A stretch of DNA of 64,000 bases from Eledone cirrhosa (GCA_964016885.1 OZ024740.1:391840001-391904000), one strand, 5' to 3'. Shown: positions 1 through 13,376, counted from the first letter of the stretch. Notes: generated by a model not told the origin, from the sequence alone. Translations and numbers: made by a program.

Positions 1-714
1 ATGTTCTAAAATACAGCTCTTTCGTTTTACTTTATTCAACTGTAGTTAGGCATTGATACTATTGAATACACTGGCAGTAAGTAAAGTCAGCTATTTCAAC
101 CAGTTAACAGGCATTTATAGTATGGACTCTAACATTGAAAGCTTTGCATGTCCAAAAAATATCGCATCTGTATAAATACATGGGTAGAGTGTTGACACAA
201 GTGGTGGAGAAGAAGAGTAGTTGTATTATGATATAGTGCTCAGTGACACTTTGTTCTATGTTCAGATATTACTATTTTCATTTTCATTGATCTGTATCTT
301 ACTCAAACTAATCCCCACTCACACAACTGATACTCTGTAGTTAAAATAAATTATTGCATTATAAAATGATTTGACAGAAACTGTTGAATGCAAAGCTGAA
401 TACTTTCCGATATCTAATTGCACATATCCCCGTTCTAATGTTAAACTCTGCCACAGATGATGTCACATTTCATTTCTCAACAGACACAAAGATATTCAAT
501 CCTCTGGATTATATATACCTTATCTGATGCAATATATAACCTTTGAGTTAGTAAACATAAATCAATATTGATATAACCAATGTAACGAATATTATGAAAA
601 TAGTCATGGTCCGGGTCCGTGATAAATTTTCAATACACGGTTGAAAAAATTTCATTTGAACTATATAGCTGATATTGCTAAAAGCATTGTGCTTAGTCAG
701 GTTGTGATATTATT

Positions 715-875
715 TATTTTAGCCATGACCATATCGACATTTCACACATAGTTTATCTTAGATGACATTATCAATTATCCTTCCCTTTTTTTAGTAACAT
801 GATGTAACTTGAAGATTTAACTGGGTTAATTTATAAGATCAACATACCTTTGTGTAGCTCCCTTGTTGGCTTATC
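715..875 (-). mobile_element. Decayed copy of an older interspersed repeat (SINE-like); related copies at ~17370-17600 and ~18105-18275 (+)
   Basis: Loosely shared motifs between the three loci (e.g. aacaagg(g/a)agc, aaatagc..aaatc, ctaaa(c)aac); boundaries approximate. Confidence 0.35.
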
Positions 876-1461
876 CTATATATAGATTGAAGATTTTCAT
901 TTATTTTATAGAATTAGTCAAATGAGTATCCAATACTCAAGAGTAGTAAAATCAAAAGTTTTTATTTTGTCCACGAAAGGTTCCAAATACAAATAGTTCT
1001 TCGGTGGACGTCTATTCACATCTACTGAGGAAAAATATTAACGTTGATATGAAAATCAATGAATTCAGAATTTTCTGTTCTGCATCGGTCAAAGCTAAAA
1101 GCAATAAATATGATAGTAAGAACAATCAGAAGAAACTTTACTGGTCATAACGCAGACACTACTGTTAGTTTACACAAGTCACCTTTAAATTTCAAGCGTG
1201 GGCCATTTTTAGAATGACCTATACTCAGAATATATTTGTTTTGTAACAAATCTAAGGCCTTCAATTATACTTTGACCCGCTCACCTGACTTCAAGATTCA
1301 TTTAGTCATTTCCAACACTTTCTTTTCATTATTTTTTCTAATTGTCCTATCTGTTTCTCCTTATTCCATTTTTAACGACTCATTCTATATTTCTTACTCA
1401 TTATAGATTATCCATCTTCATACGAACTAAAAATTTCTAACAGAATATTATTTGCATGTGG

Positions 1462-1463
<2 letters not shown>

Positions 1464-1531
<68 letters not shown>

Positions 1532-1570
1532 ACATGCGTATGTTCGTGTATATATAAATGTATGTAAAAA

Positions 1571-1638
<68 letters not shown>

Positions 1639-1643
1639 CAAAG

Positions 1644-1680
<37 letters not shown>
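1464..1680. repeat. Compound microsatellite (TG)n/(TA)n/(GA)n
   Basis: Directly visible dinucleotide tracts; they explain the poly-CV/HT/YI/RE ORFs. Confidence 0.95.
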
Positions 1681-1682
<2 letters not shown>

Positions 1683-3484
1683 TTATTATTTATATTGCTC
1701 CCAGTTACCTGGTGCAGACGTACAATTGTTAAACTGCATATCAGCTTAACCGCCTAAGTTACAAAAGTCAAAAGTCAATAGTTCCTTCTTACTTCGACTA
1801 ATTGATTAAAACCTCAGCTCAAAGTCACAAAATTATAGGGAATGCGTTTATTCAGTAGAGCCGATTTCGGTACTTATGAACTTCAAATTGCGCTAGATCA
1901 AATATGCATTCAGAATTCCATTAGCAGTTTTGCATGACTAAAACAATGCACAATAACGTCTGTAAAGACATCAACAGATTACCAATAATTATTTATATAT
2001 GAACTACGATCTACATATGTAAATGCTCTCATAGAGCATTGAACTTTAAAAAATTAGTATGCACGTCATTTAAGAGGAATGTTTGTTTCTTGAACAACAC
2101 ATAAATACAAATGATTATAGTATTTACATGGGAAATAATGGAATCGTTATTAATGTCTTTTCTAACTTGTTTTACGTGAGTAAAATCACCAAACTTTACT
2201 ATATTTATATTACATATGTTATATGAAACCTCCCACTAGGCACTATTCATAGAACCTCACATATTCTGGATTGTCTTGTGGATTATACCTACATGACAAA
2301 CTACACACGCTCACTGTCAATTAACTTTTCCAAATGATACAGTCTCAGTGTATATCTACATATAATCTACACAGAGGGTGTTGATCAATGTAATGCATAC
2401 AATTAGTGAAAGAACAAACGTTCTCATTTAATCAGAGTTGGCAATATTTCACGGAAATATTTATCATCTCCTTCCAAACTTTCATAGAAAGCGTTATTTC
2501 AACCCATTTCTGCGTAGCCTCATCTTAGTTCCTATCCAACTGGAGGACTGGACTTAGCCAAACGGAACCATCGATCTAGAGTCAGACAATTCATCACCCC
2601 AGGTAAGAAGGTGTAGTGGTGCGAGCCCACCTACTTGTCCTGCTTAATGTATGCTCATGTTACCACCTTATTTTCCTTCACTATAGCATCGCCCCTCTCA
2701 ATGTCTGATGTTTTTGAAACCATCACCATGACGTGCTCCGCATGTTCCGACATATCTTTCTTACATCTCAATCAGAACAGGATGCCTATCAACAGCAGTG
2801 GCTCAAGAGTCAAATATATAGGAGGGCCGACTGAAACATTCATAGGCTGACTATGAAGAGATGTTGCTAGAGTTGTGAAATCTTGTATGCATTAATTTCA
2901 ACTCTTCTTAGTGATGACTGCATTGTTTCTTTCTGGGATCTATGTTGAAAAATAAACCTCAATCGGTCATTCCATATGAGTATCTTGGTCAGCCTATGAA
3001 CTTTTCAGTCGACCCTCGTAGAAGATGATAATCGACACATTGACGGGCCAAGTGTGTCGAACGAAATGGTGATAATTTGTCCGATCTTCGATCAAATGCC
3101 GACGTACTTTGAAGCGACTTGCTTCTAAATTAGGTAGCATTCGGGACAGCCACTAGATAGCGATGAGCAGCACAGTCAAACACTTTAGACCGATCTGATT
3201 TAATTTGAGTCCCATTAAAAACCAGGCTTACTATCCATCTTGTCTACAATGTATAGCATGCGATTGAGATTGTTGTCGAGAAAAAATATTTTCAGAACGA
3301 AAATGATACTGTACATACTCATATGAATCTAATGATGTATGCACCTGTCACTTCTGATGGAGTGGTAAGCGTGCCTCGGTATTTCAAAACTTAACGGTGC
3401 CGATTCTTTCTTCAGGTCTAAACATAGCCGATTTCTTCCACAGAGAAAAGAGAAAGGATTAAGAGAAAAAATATAGACGAAGAA

Positions 3485-3600
3485 TCGATCCCAGTACTAT
3501 ACCAGTAATATTTTTATCGACCTCGAAAGAATGAAAGGCAAAGTTGACCTCGGCGTGATTTAATCTCAGGGAGCGCAAATAACCAGAATGAATACCGCAA
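3485..3600 (-). mobile_element. Degenerate fragment of the tRNA-derived SINE
   Basis: ttttatcgacctcgaaagaatgaaaggcaaagttgacctcggcg matches the SINE core seen in about 12 other copies. Confidence 0.75.
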
Positions 3601-3639
3601 AACATTGTTAATTCACTGCTTAATGTAATGATAGTGGTT

Positions 3640-3970
3640 AATAAAGACATAGCTTAAGACTATGGTAAAAGAAGGGGCCTGGTGATGGCATGGATTGACT
3701 ATCAGAAAGGTTTTGACGGTGATCCCCAGTATGAAATTCTGAAAACATTACTCATTATAGTACCGGTAAGAAGCAGGTACTTTAAATACTCTGTGAGTAA
3801 TAACATTTTATATACAATAACAAAAGATGGAATTATATATATAAAACCTGTACTTATAAGACGAACATCCTGAAGTAGCATTAACATCTTTTAGCAACAT
3901 GGTAAATCACATTGTAACCGATACAAGTTATATAGGATGGCAATTAATCATCTATGTATAGATAACCTTT
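3640..3970 (+). mobile_element. R4/Dong-like LINE reverse transcriptase remnant
   Basis: Translation MAWIDYQKGFD matches the AWIDYxKAFD RT motif; downstream INHLCIDNL resembles INHLLYMDDLK; many disablements. Confidence 0.55.
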
Positions 3971-4028
3971 AGCTATGTAGTGCTGACGGCTGTGTACACA
4001 AGATACATATATGCGCATAAAAACCTAA

Positions 4029-4065
<37 letters not shown>

Positions 4066-4789
4066 CATAGATATATTTATGTATATACACATGCACACAC
4101 ATATATTTTCATGCACATACATACACATATAAATATATATACATAGGACCGCCCATATACACGTACCAATACAAATATACATACATATATACACTTAAAA
4201 ATATGTGCACATATGTAAATACATGCCTACACACAAACATATAGATATGAATATGAATATACAAGTTCCAATGCATACATATATGCGATGGGCGGGTGGG
4301 TCTGTGGATGAAAGCCTACAACCGACGTGGCACAAGATGCCACTTATGTACTACTGAAAAACTAAATATCCGAGCCTTATCAACTAACATCATGAACTCT
4401 CGGTAGGAAAGATTGTCCTCCTACTAACACAACCATATCTACTCACTGGACAGTACACTGGATATCACACTACCCCACGGATTACCCACCAGATAACGAG
4501 GTGTACTTGATTTTGTAAATGTCGGAAGACCCCATGCTCAACCTCACCCTACCTCGGCTAGACTCTATATCTCGACAACTACTGCCAACCTCTAAGCCTC
4601 ACTAACTGCGGGTAACCCAGCACCAAGAACAATCTGTTTCATATATTTCACATCTCTTATGTGTTATGTCATATGTGTATATGTTACATGTGTTATATTA
4701 TATTCCATAATTCCATATTCTATGACCTCCACCATTCTTATAGTCATCTAATCCTTATATTCTATTTTATTTCATGTTATGTTTAGCGT

Positions 4790-5150
4790 CGAACATTCTG
4801 CGTCGTGGCATAGAGTTATGGCCCGTTACGTTGTGAGTTCAAATCAGCCGAGGTTAGCTTTGTCTTTCATCCTTACAAGTTCGATAAAATAAAACACCAG
4901 TAATGCACTGGGGTCGATTTAATCGACTTTCCTCCAAATAGCTGGTGTTGTGCCTAAAGTAGAAACAATTATTATTTTGGCTGTATCGGTAGAGGCTTTG
5001 CAGCATAGAGTTACGCCCCTTTACGGTCTGAGTTAAAATCTCGCCGAGGTTAACTTTGCCTTTAATCCTTACGGGGTCGATGAAATAAAGTACCAGTAAT
5101 GCACTGGGATAATTGCTGGCCTTGTACCAAAAATAGAACAATTATTATTA
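4790..5150 (+). mobile_element. Two tandem copies of the tRNA-derived SINE (~4790-4975 and ~4977-5150)
   Basis: B-box-like gagttcaaatc, core gaggttaactttgcctttcatccttacggggtcgataaaataaagtaccag, 3' end tagaaacaattatt. Confidence 0.9.
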
Positions 5151-5954
5151 TAATTTTTCAATTTTTTTATTTTATCTTATTTTATTCTTTAATTTTAGAT
5201 TATCTAATTTTCACTTTCTTTTCTTCCATTTTGACATTTTTGTCATCTTTCCAACTTTTCAACTTTTCACCTTCCATTTCCACTTTCTCATTTTTCATCT
5301 TTTCAGCCTTTTCCTTTTCCTTACTTCTTTTATTCCTCATACCTTATATCTTATATTAGCCTGCCATCCACACCACCCTGCCATAACCACTACCATCATC
5401 ATATATAATTCCATGATATGTGTATTTCCATAATCTCCTCTATATCTCCATAAGTTATATTTATACCTCATATATCTTATATATCTTACATATTTACTTA
5501 ACACCAATACCACTCCACTACCACTCATCATAGCTTCCACCATCACCATTATCATACATTCAACTACCCTTAGATATCACAGCTCTATTCTTCATATTCT
5601 ATAATTGCATATTCCCATAAGTTTTTGAATATTTTTTATATATTTTCTCGTACGTCTTTTTATATGTATGTTTATATCTACATATTTATTTACACATATG
5701 TAAGCACCTGCGTATGTATATTTAGGATTTATATGTACGTTTTATATGCATGCATATTTATGTATTTGTGTGTACATGTGCAATTGTATACATATATATA
5801 TTCTATCCACCACTTCATCCTGCCAATCCACCAATCTTTTCACTACCCCAATACACCCACCATCACATTCATCACCTGACTCACTATTTAACCTTAATAA
5901 TATGAATATTAAAACTCTACTTCGGTATTGAGTACTCCGTCAACCACACACGGG

Positions 5955-6109
<155 letters not shown>

Positions 6110-6366
6110 ACAGCGATGAATTAGTTTTGCGAGGTTTTTTATATGAAATCGTGTGTCGAAACAAATATTGTTATACTTGGGGAGGGTCATATTTGTGTAA
6201 TATTGCCAGAATTAATAACAGAACACGCTCACTGTTTGGTTGGTTTTCGCTTTTCGCTTCTGTGTCTTTTATATCGGTAATCTAATTTATTCGGTCCTCA
6301 ATGTTGCCATTGACTGACCAACGGTCAAAAATAATACAGATACAATATAGACACAAACACATATAT

Positions 6367-6420
6367 ATAGTTTATCAAAGTTCTTTCGTTGCACATCTGC
6401 AACATCGTCAGTGGTGCTAT
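6367..6420 (-). ncRNA. Type I hammerhead ribozyme motif in the PLE 3' region
   Basis: Minus strand CUGACGA-U-GUUGCA(GAUG)UGCAAC-GAAA-GAACUU; perfect 6-bp stem II, weak stem I. Confidence 0.65.
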
Positions 6421-6680
6421 TGTTTACTCCCGTTACATTGTATTTTCTACGCCATCTTTATTTAGTCTGTTTATATATTTATTTATTTGTTTATTTTATT
6501 TTGTCTTCTTTGCGCATGCGTTTGCGTGTGTGTATAGTGTTTTGTTTGATGTGTGTTCGTGATTGGGTGACTGTGTATTGGTTAATGTATTCTATCTTTA
6601 CTAGTGTGTGTTTATATGTGTTTGTTGTTATTGTGCTTGTGTATGTATTTATCTATTTATTTATCTATTTATTTATTTAT

Positions 6681-7787
6681 TTATACTTCTCTTAGGTCAG
6701 TGTTGTTTGTTTGGGTGTTGTTGTTATTCCATTCATTCTTTCTGTTTAGCCTTGGCCTTCTAAGTTCTATTTCACTGGCCTCTCTGATTTGCCTATCTGC
6801 TGGGTCATTTCTATGTTTAGATATTATTCTAATTTCTATGTTGTCTATGTTACCGTCGTGTTGTTGTCTGGCATGTTCGTATAGTACTGAACCGTTTTTT
6901 CGTCCTTTTAGTTCCCCCCAGTGTTGGTCTATCCTTTCACCTATGCTACGAGCTGTCTCGCCTATGTATGTTGTTGTCATGTTTCTGCAAGTACCCTCTG
7001 TGCTATAGACTACGTTTCTAGTTTTACAGTTTATCCGGGGGTTTACCTTACATATGATACATTTCTTATTAGTATAGTGGATTTTCTTAAAATGGTAGGT
7101 TTTGCTGATCAGGGATTTTATGGTGGTTCCTGGCTTTTCTACCACCTTAATCTTTAAGTGGGTCTTTCTCAGGGCCTTTCTACACTGGTTAGCTAATTTC
7201 CCTCCAGGAGTAGTGTCCACAAACATGACACTCTGGTATCTCTGGTTGTCGTACCATGAGGTGGCTTTCCTTATCTTATGTCTAGCCCTATCTAAGCTAT
7301 TCCATGATTTGCTCCTGTATAATGGGCAAATTCCTTTCATGTCCAGTTCTATGAAGGTCTTATACTTCTCCGTGGCTCCTTCGTATACTCTGACTGTCTC
7401 TTTGGTTGTAGCCAGAGAACTGCATGCGGTTGATGAAGTGTTGGATGTGTCTTTCCATTTCTGTTGGGTCGCACATGCGGGACACATTCTTCATCACTCG
7501 TATCAAACCTGCGATCAGAATATTAAACTTAGCACTACTGGACATTGCTGAGTTTTTGAGTATCAGTTATTTGGAGGCCATGGGTTTAGCATAGTGTGAG
7601 TGGAGAATTTGGGCTCTCTCGTCTATAGTGTTAATCCAGAGTTCCGTGTCTAATACAGGTAGTCTATTGTTAGGGTGTTTGGAAGGGTAGTCGATAGTTA
7701 CAGTTATACTCTGGTGTATGGAATTAGCTATCTGCTGGATGCTTTCCATTGTGCTACGTTCTAAATCAAACTTATTAGTGCTCTCTA
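6681..7787 (-). pseudogene. Disrupted PLE ORF (RT C-terminus plus GIY-YIG endonuclease)
   Basis: ORF pieces 7567-7787 and 6681-7487 in different frames with stops; GIY-YIG motif clear. Confidence 0.8.
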
Positions 7788-7872
7788 GCGAAAATCGAAA
7801 ACCAACCAAACAGTGAGTGTGTTCTGTTATTAATTCTGGCAATATTACACAAATATGACCCTCCCCAAGTAT

Positions 7873-7931
<59 letters not shown>

Positions 7932-7932
<1 letters not shown>

Positions 7933-7993
7933 CTGTAGGATGCTGCTACTAAACAATACAATACAAAAGAAAAGCCAGGAGAATTTGAAACCA
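7932..7993 (-). repeat. ~60-bp element terminus between (TA)n tracts; second copy at 11392-11453 (+)
   Basis: Reverse complement of tggtttcaaattctcctggcttttcttttgtattgtattgtttagtagcagcgtcctacagt; both copies abut (TA)n. Confidence 0.8.
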
Positions 7994-8005
7994 TATATAT
8001 ATATA

Positions 8006-8118
8006 TAATTGTTTCTATTTTTAGGCACAAGGCCAGCAATAACCCAGTACATTACTGGTACTTTATTTTACCGACTCCGTAAGGATGAAAGGCAAAGTTA
8101 ACCTCGGCGGGATTTGAA

Positions 8119-8121
<3 letters not shown>
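8006..8121 (-). mobile_element. tRNA-derived SINE fragment (3' half)
   Basis: aattgtttcta..ggcacaaggccagcaat..actggtactttattttaccgactccgtaaggatgaaaggcaaagttaacctcggcgggatttgaactc. Confidence 0.9.
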
Positions 8122-8153
<32 letters not shown>

Positions 8154-8230
8154 ATGGTGGTGCCCCAGCAAAGCCTCATCCTGTGGGCTGGAACACGTAA
8201 TAGAGTAATAGAGTAATAGAGTATATACAC

Positions 8231-8310
<80 letters not shown>

Positions 8311-8460
8311 TGGGTGTATATACAAATATACACTGTATATTGATGTACAATGATAATATGGGTTACCTCGCTATCAAAGAAAAATATTTTTTCGGAAAGA
8401 AAAAATTATTTTTCTCGATTTTTCTTCGTGAACATGCCATAGATCTTTCAGTACGGTCGA

Positions 8461-8517
8461 GAATGCCAGACAGTGCTGCTTCAAGATTTGTTAATCTTTC
8501 ATCAGTGAAACTCATTC
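8461..8517 (-). ncRNA. Type I hammerhead ribozyme motif (minus polarity)
   Basis: GAAUGAGUUUCA-CUGAUGA-AAGAUU(AACA)AAUCUU-GAAG-CAG(CA)CUG-UC/UGGCAUUC: stems I-III all pair, GUC cleavage triplet; GAAG instead of canonical GAAA. Confidence 0.7.
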
Positions 8518-8557
8518 AACGGTTACTGTCAAGGAAATAGACCAGCGTTTACATAGA

Positions 8558-8627
8558 ATTTCGCCTGATGAACATTTGCTGGGGATGCTCATTTGCATAT
8601 AGCAAATAGAAAACATCGAGAGGAAAT
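8558..8627 (+). ncRNA. Type I hammerhead ribozyme motif (plus polarity, degenerate stem III)
   Basis: AUUUCGC-CUGAUGA-AC-AUUUGCU..AUGC(UCAUUU)GCAU..AGCAAAU-A-GAAA-ACAUC/GAGAGGAAAU; 7-bp stem II, partial stem I. Confidence 0.5.
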
Positions 8628-11457
8628 AGTCATTTTCTGGTTATAATTAATTGACAGTAACACTAACACACAATTGAAGCATAATTGGGGCGTATATGAA
8701 AACACATATATGTATATGTACAATAAATATATGAGTAGCCTCGGTATCAAAGAAAAATAATTTTCGTAACGAAAAAATTATTTTTCTCTATTTTTCTCTG
8801 TGAATATGTTTATTATATATAAAAATATAGCATATGATTTCATATACACTCCTACTATGTTTAAATGCTGTCTCAGTATTTCTGCCAATTAATTATAACC
8901 AGACAAGTTCGCACTATATGCCAAAAAGCTTTTGAAATATGTTCGACCGTCAGAAGATTAAAACTACCTACTTTGAATCTACTGCATAGTGTCCATTCCT
9001 TCTCTAAAATATATTCCATACTGTTGATAGTATATTTAATAGCTGATAATTCATATCTGTGTATGAACGAACTATTTATTCCAGTTTTCATTTGCTTCAC
9101 CTGAAGAGAAAGAGGGGGAGATACACGGTGAGGTCGAAAAGAGTGAAAAAGTAAAAAGAAAGGGGAAAAGACCGTGTTCATTTGCGTCCTTTATTGGCAT
9201 ATTTCTGCATGTGTATATGTGTGTGTGAATAAATGTTTCAAGGAGGAATGGGAATTTGCATAGTGCAATCAATTACCCACTAAGCAACCTTCAGACTTTT
9301 CATTGCATTTTCACATCTAAGCGAATATTCAAACTAAATTATCGTAACATAACACAACTAATGAACCGAGATCCTATAACTCTGGAAAGTGGTGCGTAGT
9401 AGCTACAGCAAGCAATAGCAGATAGGTGAAACAGCAGCAGTAGCAGCGGCAACAATAGCAGCAATGACAGTAGCAGCGGCGACATTAACAGCAGCGACAG
9501 TAGCAATAAAAGTATTAGCTGCAACATAATTTCTGGTGATTCAGTTATCACAGTTGTGGTATGGAGTACCCAGTGTTATTAATGAGGCAGAAATGTATTT
9601 AGAGCTCTAGAAAATTGTTATTGTTGTTATTGTGGTTACTGTAGAAAAGAAATCAGGCAAGAAAATTGATGTCGCCGGGACTAATGTGACCATTTTCTTT
9701 CGATACTCTTGAGAAAAGTTGACAGCTTTTATCGAGTTAAGTTACAAAGATTGATGTGTGAGCTGATGACCTAAGCTTTTCAAAGAAAGTAAGGGTTAGG
9801 AAAGTAAGCTCAGTGGTTTCACCATCTAATATGTTGTTCGGATAGTTTGAATCACAGGTGTTACGATAATGCCATTAGTATTTCTTCTGTAGTTTGTGAA
9901 ATACCTCTTCCTTTGTACATGAAGTTAGACCATCGAAGATCATGAGGTCCGCACAACATACCAAAGAAACACTCTCAAATCGTTACACCAGTGTTTAACA
10001 ACAACTACTCAGTATTTTTTCTGGCAGAATATATCAAGGACTGCATTATTCAATGTATCTTTCGTTTTTTTAAACGGGCGGGTGTGGTTTGCTATTTCTT
10101 ATGTGTCACAATACTTTTTAGAGGCATCCCCTTCCCAATTAGTCGAAATAAATATTATAAAGTGTATTGAAGCAGAATTGCAACACCAACAGACGATTGT
10201 CAACTGTGACGCTCCGAGCGAGCCTACATCATCTGTTTCCACTGAGGCCACCAGTGGAATATACTGACATGCAATAAAATAATTTTGACTATATATAAAA
10301 GGCAACATGCCTTTTAAACCGGTGCTACTAGAAGGAGCGGTGATTTAATCGGGGTGGGTTGAATATAATTTGAGCAGATTGAGAGATCCAGAACAAGTGA
10401 TTTACCAACCTCACTGAGAGAACTCAGCTGATCTCGTTAACTGATTCATATCCTAAGATTTTGTGAAAGCAAGTCTTCTCAGACATCATTCTTGCAGAAT
10501 AGATATGTTTTCTGAAACTCTGCTATATGGGTCCCAATTTAACTGTGTTTATTAAACAGATTTTTAAATGTTATTTTCGGTGTTTCTATGACAAGAAGTA
10601 TAACTTATATTCGCATGTTTGAGAGATAGCTGAGTTCTCTAGTTATGTCCAGATACTTTTCAACCCTGACTCTTTCTTCCATTTCAAATTCCATAACAAA
10701 TTCCCTGACCTAACATTTGTTATATTGTCACTGTCATGATCATAGCAAATCAATTTGCACAGAGAAAAGCAACAATGAAATATAATAATAAAATTTTGTT
10801 TGTGATAACACTTTTTTAGCCAAATGTCTAGGTAAACATCTAGTTGCATCCTTTTCTTAACCTGTCATGCCTTCATTTGTATTTTTGTATTATCTTGCTG
10901 CATATAATCAATACATTATTGATGCTTTCTTACCTTGACACACACACTATCCTTCTAGCCTGTGTCAGATTTTGCTTTAATGGGGTTTGGGCTTATCCAC
11001 ATATTACATTCAAATTACATATTAGGTTTGCCTTCAAAACTTCAATCTTTTCTATCCATTCCCCAATATCTCCTGTGTTTTTTTTAAAAATATTATTTTG
11101 CTAATGATCTTTCTCTCTATACATATAAAGCTTCCCATTTTTTCTTTAAAAATATCTCTCTAGCCATATGATTACCAACTGTTCTATGTTTGTTAGATTG
11201 GCCTTCTTGACTTCTAGGTATATACAGTTTATTAACTCTGCTTCTTCCGTGTAACTTATTTTGCATTGTTTGCACAGTTTTCTTGAGCAGCTATCCATTT
11301 CATCCAGTTTATATTTCTTCTATTCATGAAAAGCTGCAGAATATTTTAATATTGATATTGATCTATTTAATGATGTTCCTTCCACTTAGTTTGGTTTCAA
11401 ATTCTCCTGGCTTTTCTTTTGTATTGTATTGTTTAGTAGCAGCGTCCTACAGTGCGC

Positions 11458-11560
<103 letters not shown>

Positions 11561-11569
11561 AACGAGTTT

Positions 11570-11975
11570 CCTATCATTTGAAGGTTAAGATCTTCGATAC
11601 TTACACCCTACAGTTGTGTTATATGGTCTTGACTGTGTTAATTGGACGACAAAGTCACTTCAGAAGCTCTTTACATTCCAGAACCACATCATGAGACTTA
11701 TGACTGGCAAGCGGCTCAGCGACTGTATCTGTACCAGTGAGCTGCTCAACATTACGAAACTTAGACCAATTACATCAATTATCAAGTCAAGAGTACTCAA
11801 ACTATACGGTCATATAAAAAGATAAATTCGTGGTGTGAGTAGGTTATGCCTGGAAGGAAGGTTGACTGGTTATAGAAACAGAAGCCGGAAGCCAAAACGA
11901 TGGCTTCATAATGTCAACTTATGGACTGGACTTGATCTTTGCTGCTGGTGATCGAACTTTGTGGAGAAAATTACC
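11570..11975 (+). mobile_element. RTE-like LINE 3' remnant
   Basis: KVKIFDTY..YGLDC..FQNHIMRLMTG..SRVLKLYGHIKR..LEGRLTG.RNRSRKPKRW..DRTLWRK, typical of a post-RT C-terminus. Confidence 0.7.
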
Positions 11976-12113
11976 TCATGTTGAGGTAATTTTAGCGTCA
12001 AAGTAGTATATATATATATACATATATATATATACTAAGCTACCATTACACCAACACATCACCCATCTCTCTCCATTCAAATTAGAAACTACATTCTTAG
12101 CGAGTTTAAATGG

Positions 12114-12220
12114 CAAGTAAGTATGTTTAGAAACAGTGAGCAGGTAAAGGAATTTTAGCCTGATAATGGGGTTTAGAACCCTCAGATAAATGGAAAAAGA
12201 TGAGTATTGACGTACATGGA
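12114..12220. repeat. Element terminus abutting (TA)n; longer copy at 45425-45566
   Basis: Shared caagtaagtatgttt.gaaacagtgagcaggt and aaaggaattttagcctgataatggggtttagaaccctcagataaatggaaaa..gatgagtattgacgta. Confidence 0.8.
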
Positions 12221-13124
12221 ATATATATATATATATATACATTCATTTATTATGGATATTTGTGAGCTTTGTTACTCTAAAGAAGTAAGGATTCATTTCA
12301 TATTTTTCGGTAGCCGTTCTATTTTTAACGTACTGTTTTCTCAATATATAAAAAATCTTAACAAGTGCAGCAATTGCTAACATTGGTTCTGACTAAAGAA
12401 CGTTAAAATCGCCAAGCATGTGTTGGAAAATTTACTGACTGAATATCTCTGGGCTGGAGCCATCTTGAATTGGATCATTAAGGGCAAAACAACTTTTATT
12501 GTGTAAGAGAAAGACAAATAGGCCGTATTGTCAAGCTACAGATCAATAACATCTATTCTATTATTATGGAAACTGTTAAGAGGTATATTTACAGATAATT
12601 TTTGTACGTCCTAGGAGGGCGAGCAGAGGTGAACAGAAAGTATGCCGGAGAAAGTTAAAGGCACAAATGTCCAGCTGGTAAATAACAAGATGATAAGAAA
12701 CGGTAAATGAAGATAAACTGGTTTAGTATTGGATCCGTGACAAGGAAGCATATGATATGATCTCCCACAATTAGATTGTGTGGACATATACAATGTTAAA
12801 ATGTGCAGGTGATATCATGATAAAAGTAAGTATGGTTGGAGTGAGAAAAGGATGTAACAGTAGAGGGACACTCACCTGGAAGTGATAAACCAGATTGGGG
12901 AATTTTCCAAGGTGATAACTTATTACCCCTATGGTTTGTCATTGTTTTCATATCATTCTCCTTGGAATTGAGAAAAGTAAAAGCCAAATAGGAAGGAGTT
13001 AACTATATGTTATTCATGGCTGACCTATAGCTGTATGGCAAGGTAAGAGAAAACTGGATACTCTTGTCAGTTTGGGAGGAGTGTTTAACAACGGTATCAG
13101 AATAGAGTTTATTATTTCCAAATA

Positions 13125-13342
13125 AGGGCGGTGGATTGGCTGTATCGGTAGAGCGTCGGACTCCTTGCTTTGCAGCATACACTTATGGTCCTTCATGATC
13201 TGAGTTCAAATCACGCCGAGGTTAACTTTTATCCTTTCATCCTTACGGTGTCGATAAAATAAAGTACCAGTCACGCACTGGGATAGATTTAATTGACTTT
13301 CCCTCGTCCAAAATTGATGGCCTCGTGCCTATATAATAAACC
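13125..13342 (+). mobile_element. Full-length tRNA-derived SINE with 14-bp target-site duplication
   Basis: A-box-like tggctgtatcggt, B-box gagttcaaatc; TSD attatttccaaata at 13111-13124 and 13343-13356. Confidence 0.92.
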
Positions 13343-13376
13343 ATTATTTCCAAATATGAACTCTGTGATGAAGAAA

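Larger units (their letters stand above)
8311..8808. mobile_element. Non-coding ~374-nt unit in partial tandem (retrozyme/pLTR-like module) with HHR motifs on both strands
   Basis: Diverged direct repeat ~8311-8436 vs ~8686-8808 (cctcg(c/g)tatcaaagaaaaata..gaaaaaattatttttctc..gtgaa(c/t)atg); HHR cores at 8499-8505 (-) and 8565-8571 (+). Confidence 0.65.

Noticed and set aside
2500-3420. Possible decayed DNA transposase
   Set aside because: Only a vague Cys/Lys-rich fragment; no catalytic motif or terminal repeats could be supported.
12140-12160. Spliced-out intron explaining the deletion relative to the 45425 copy
   Set aside because: The deletion leaves gt and aaag behind, so it does not match GT-AG boundaries.
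13125-13215. tRNA genes
   Set aside because: The A/B boxes belong to SINE heads; no cloverleaf, and all continue into the SINE body.
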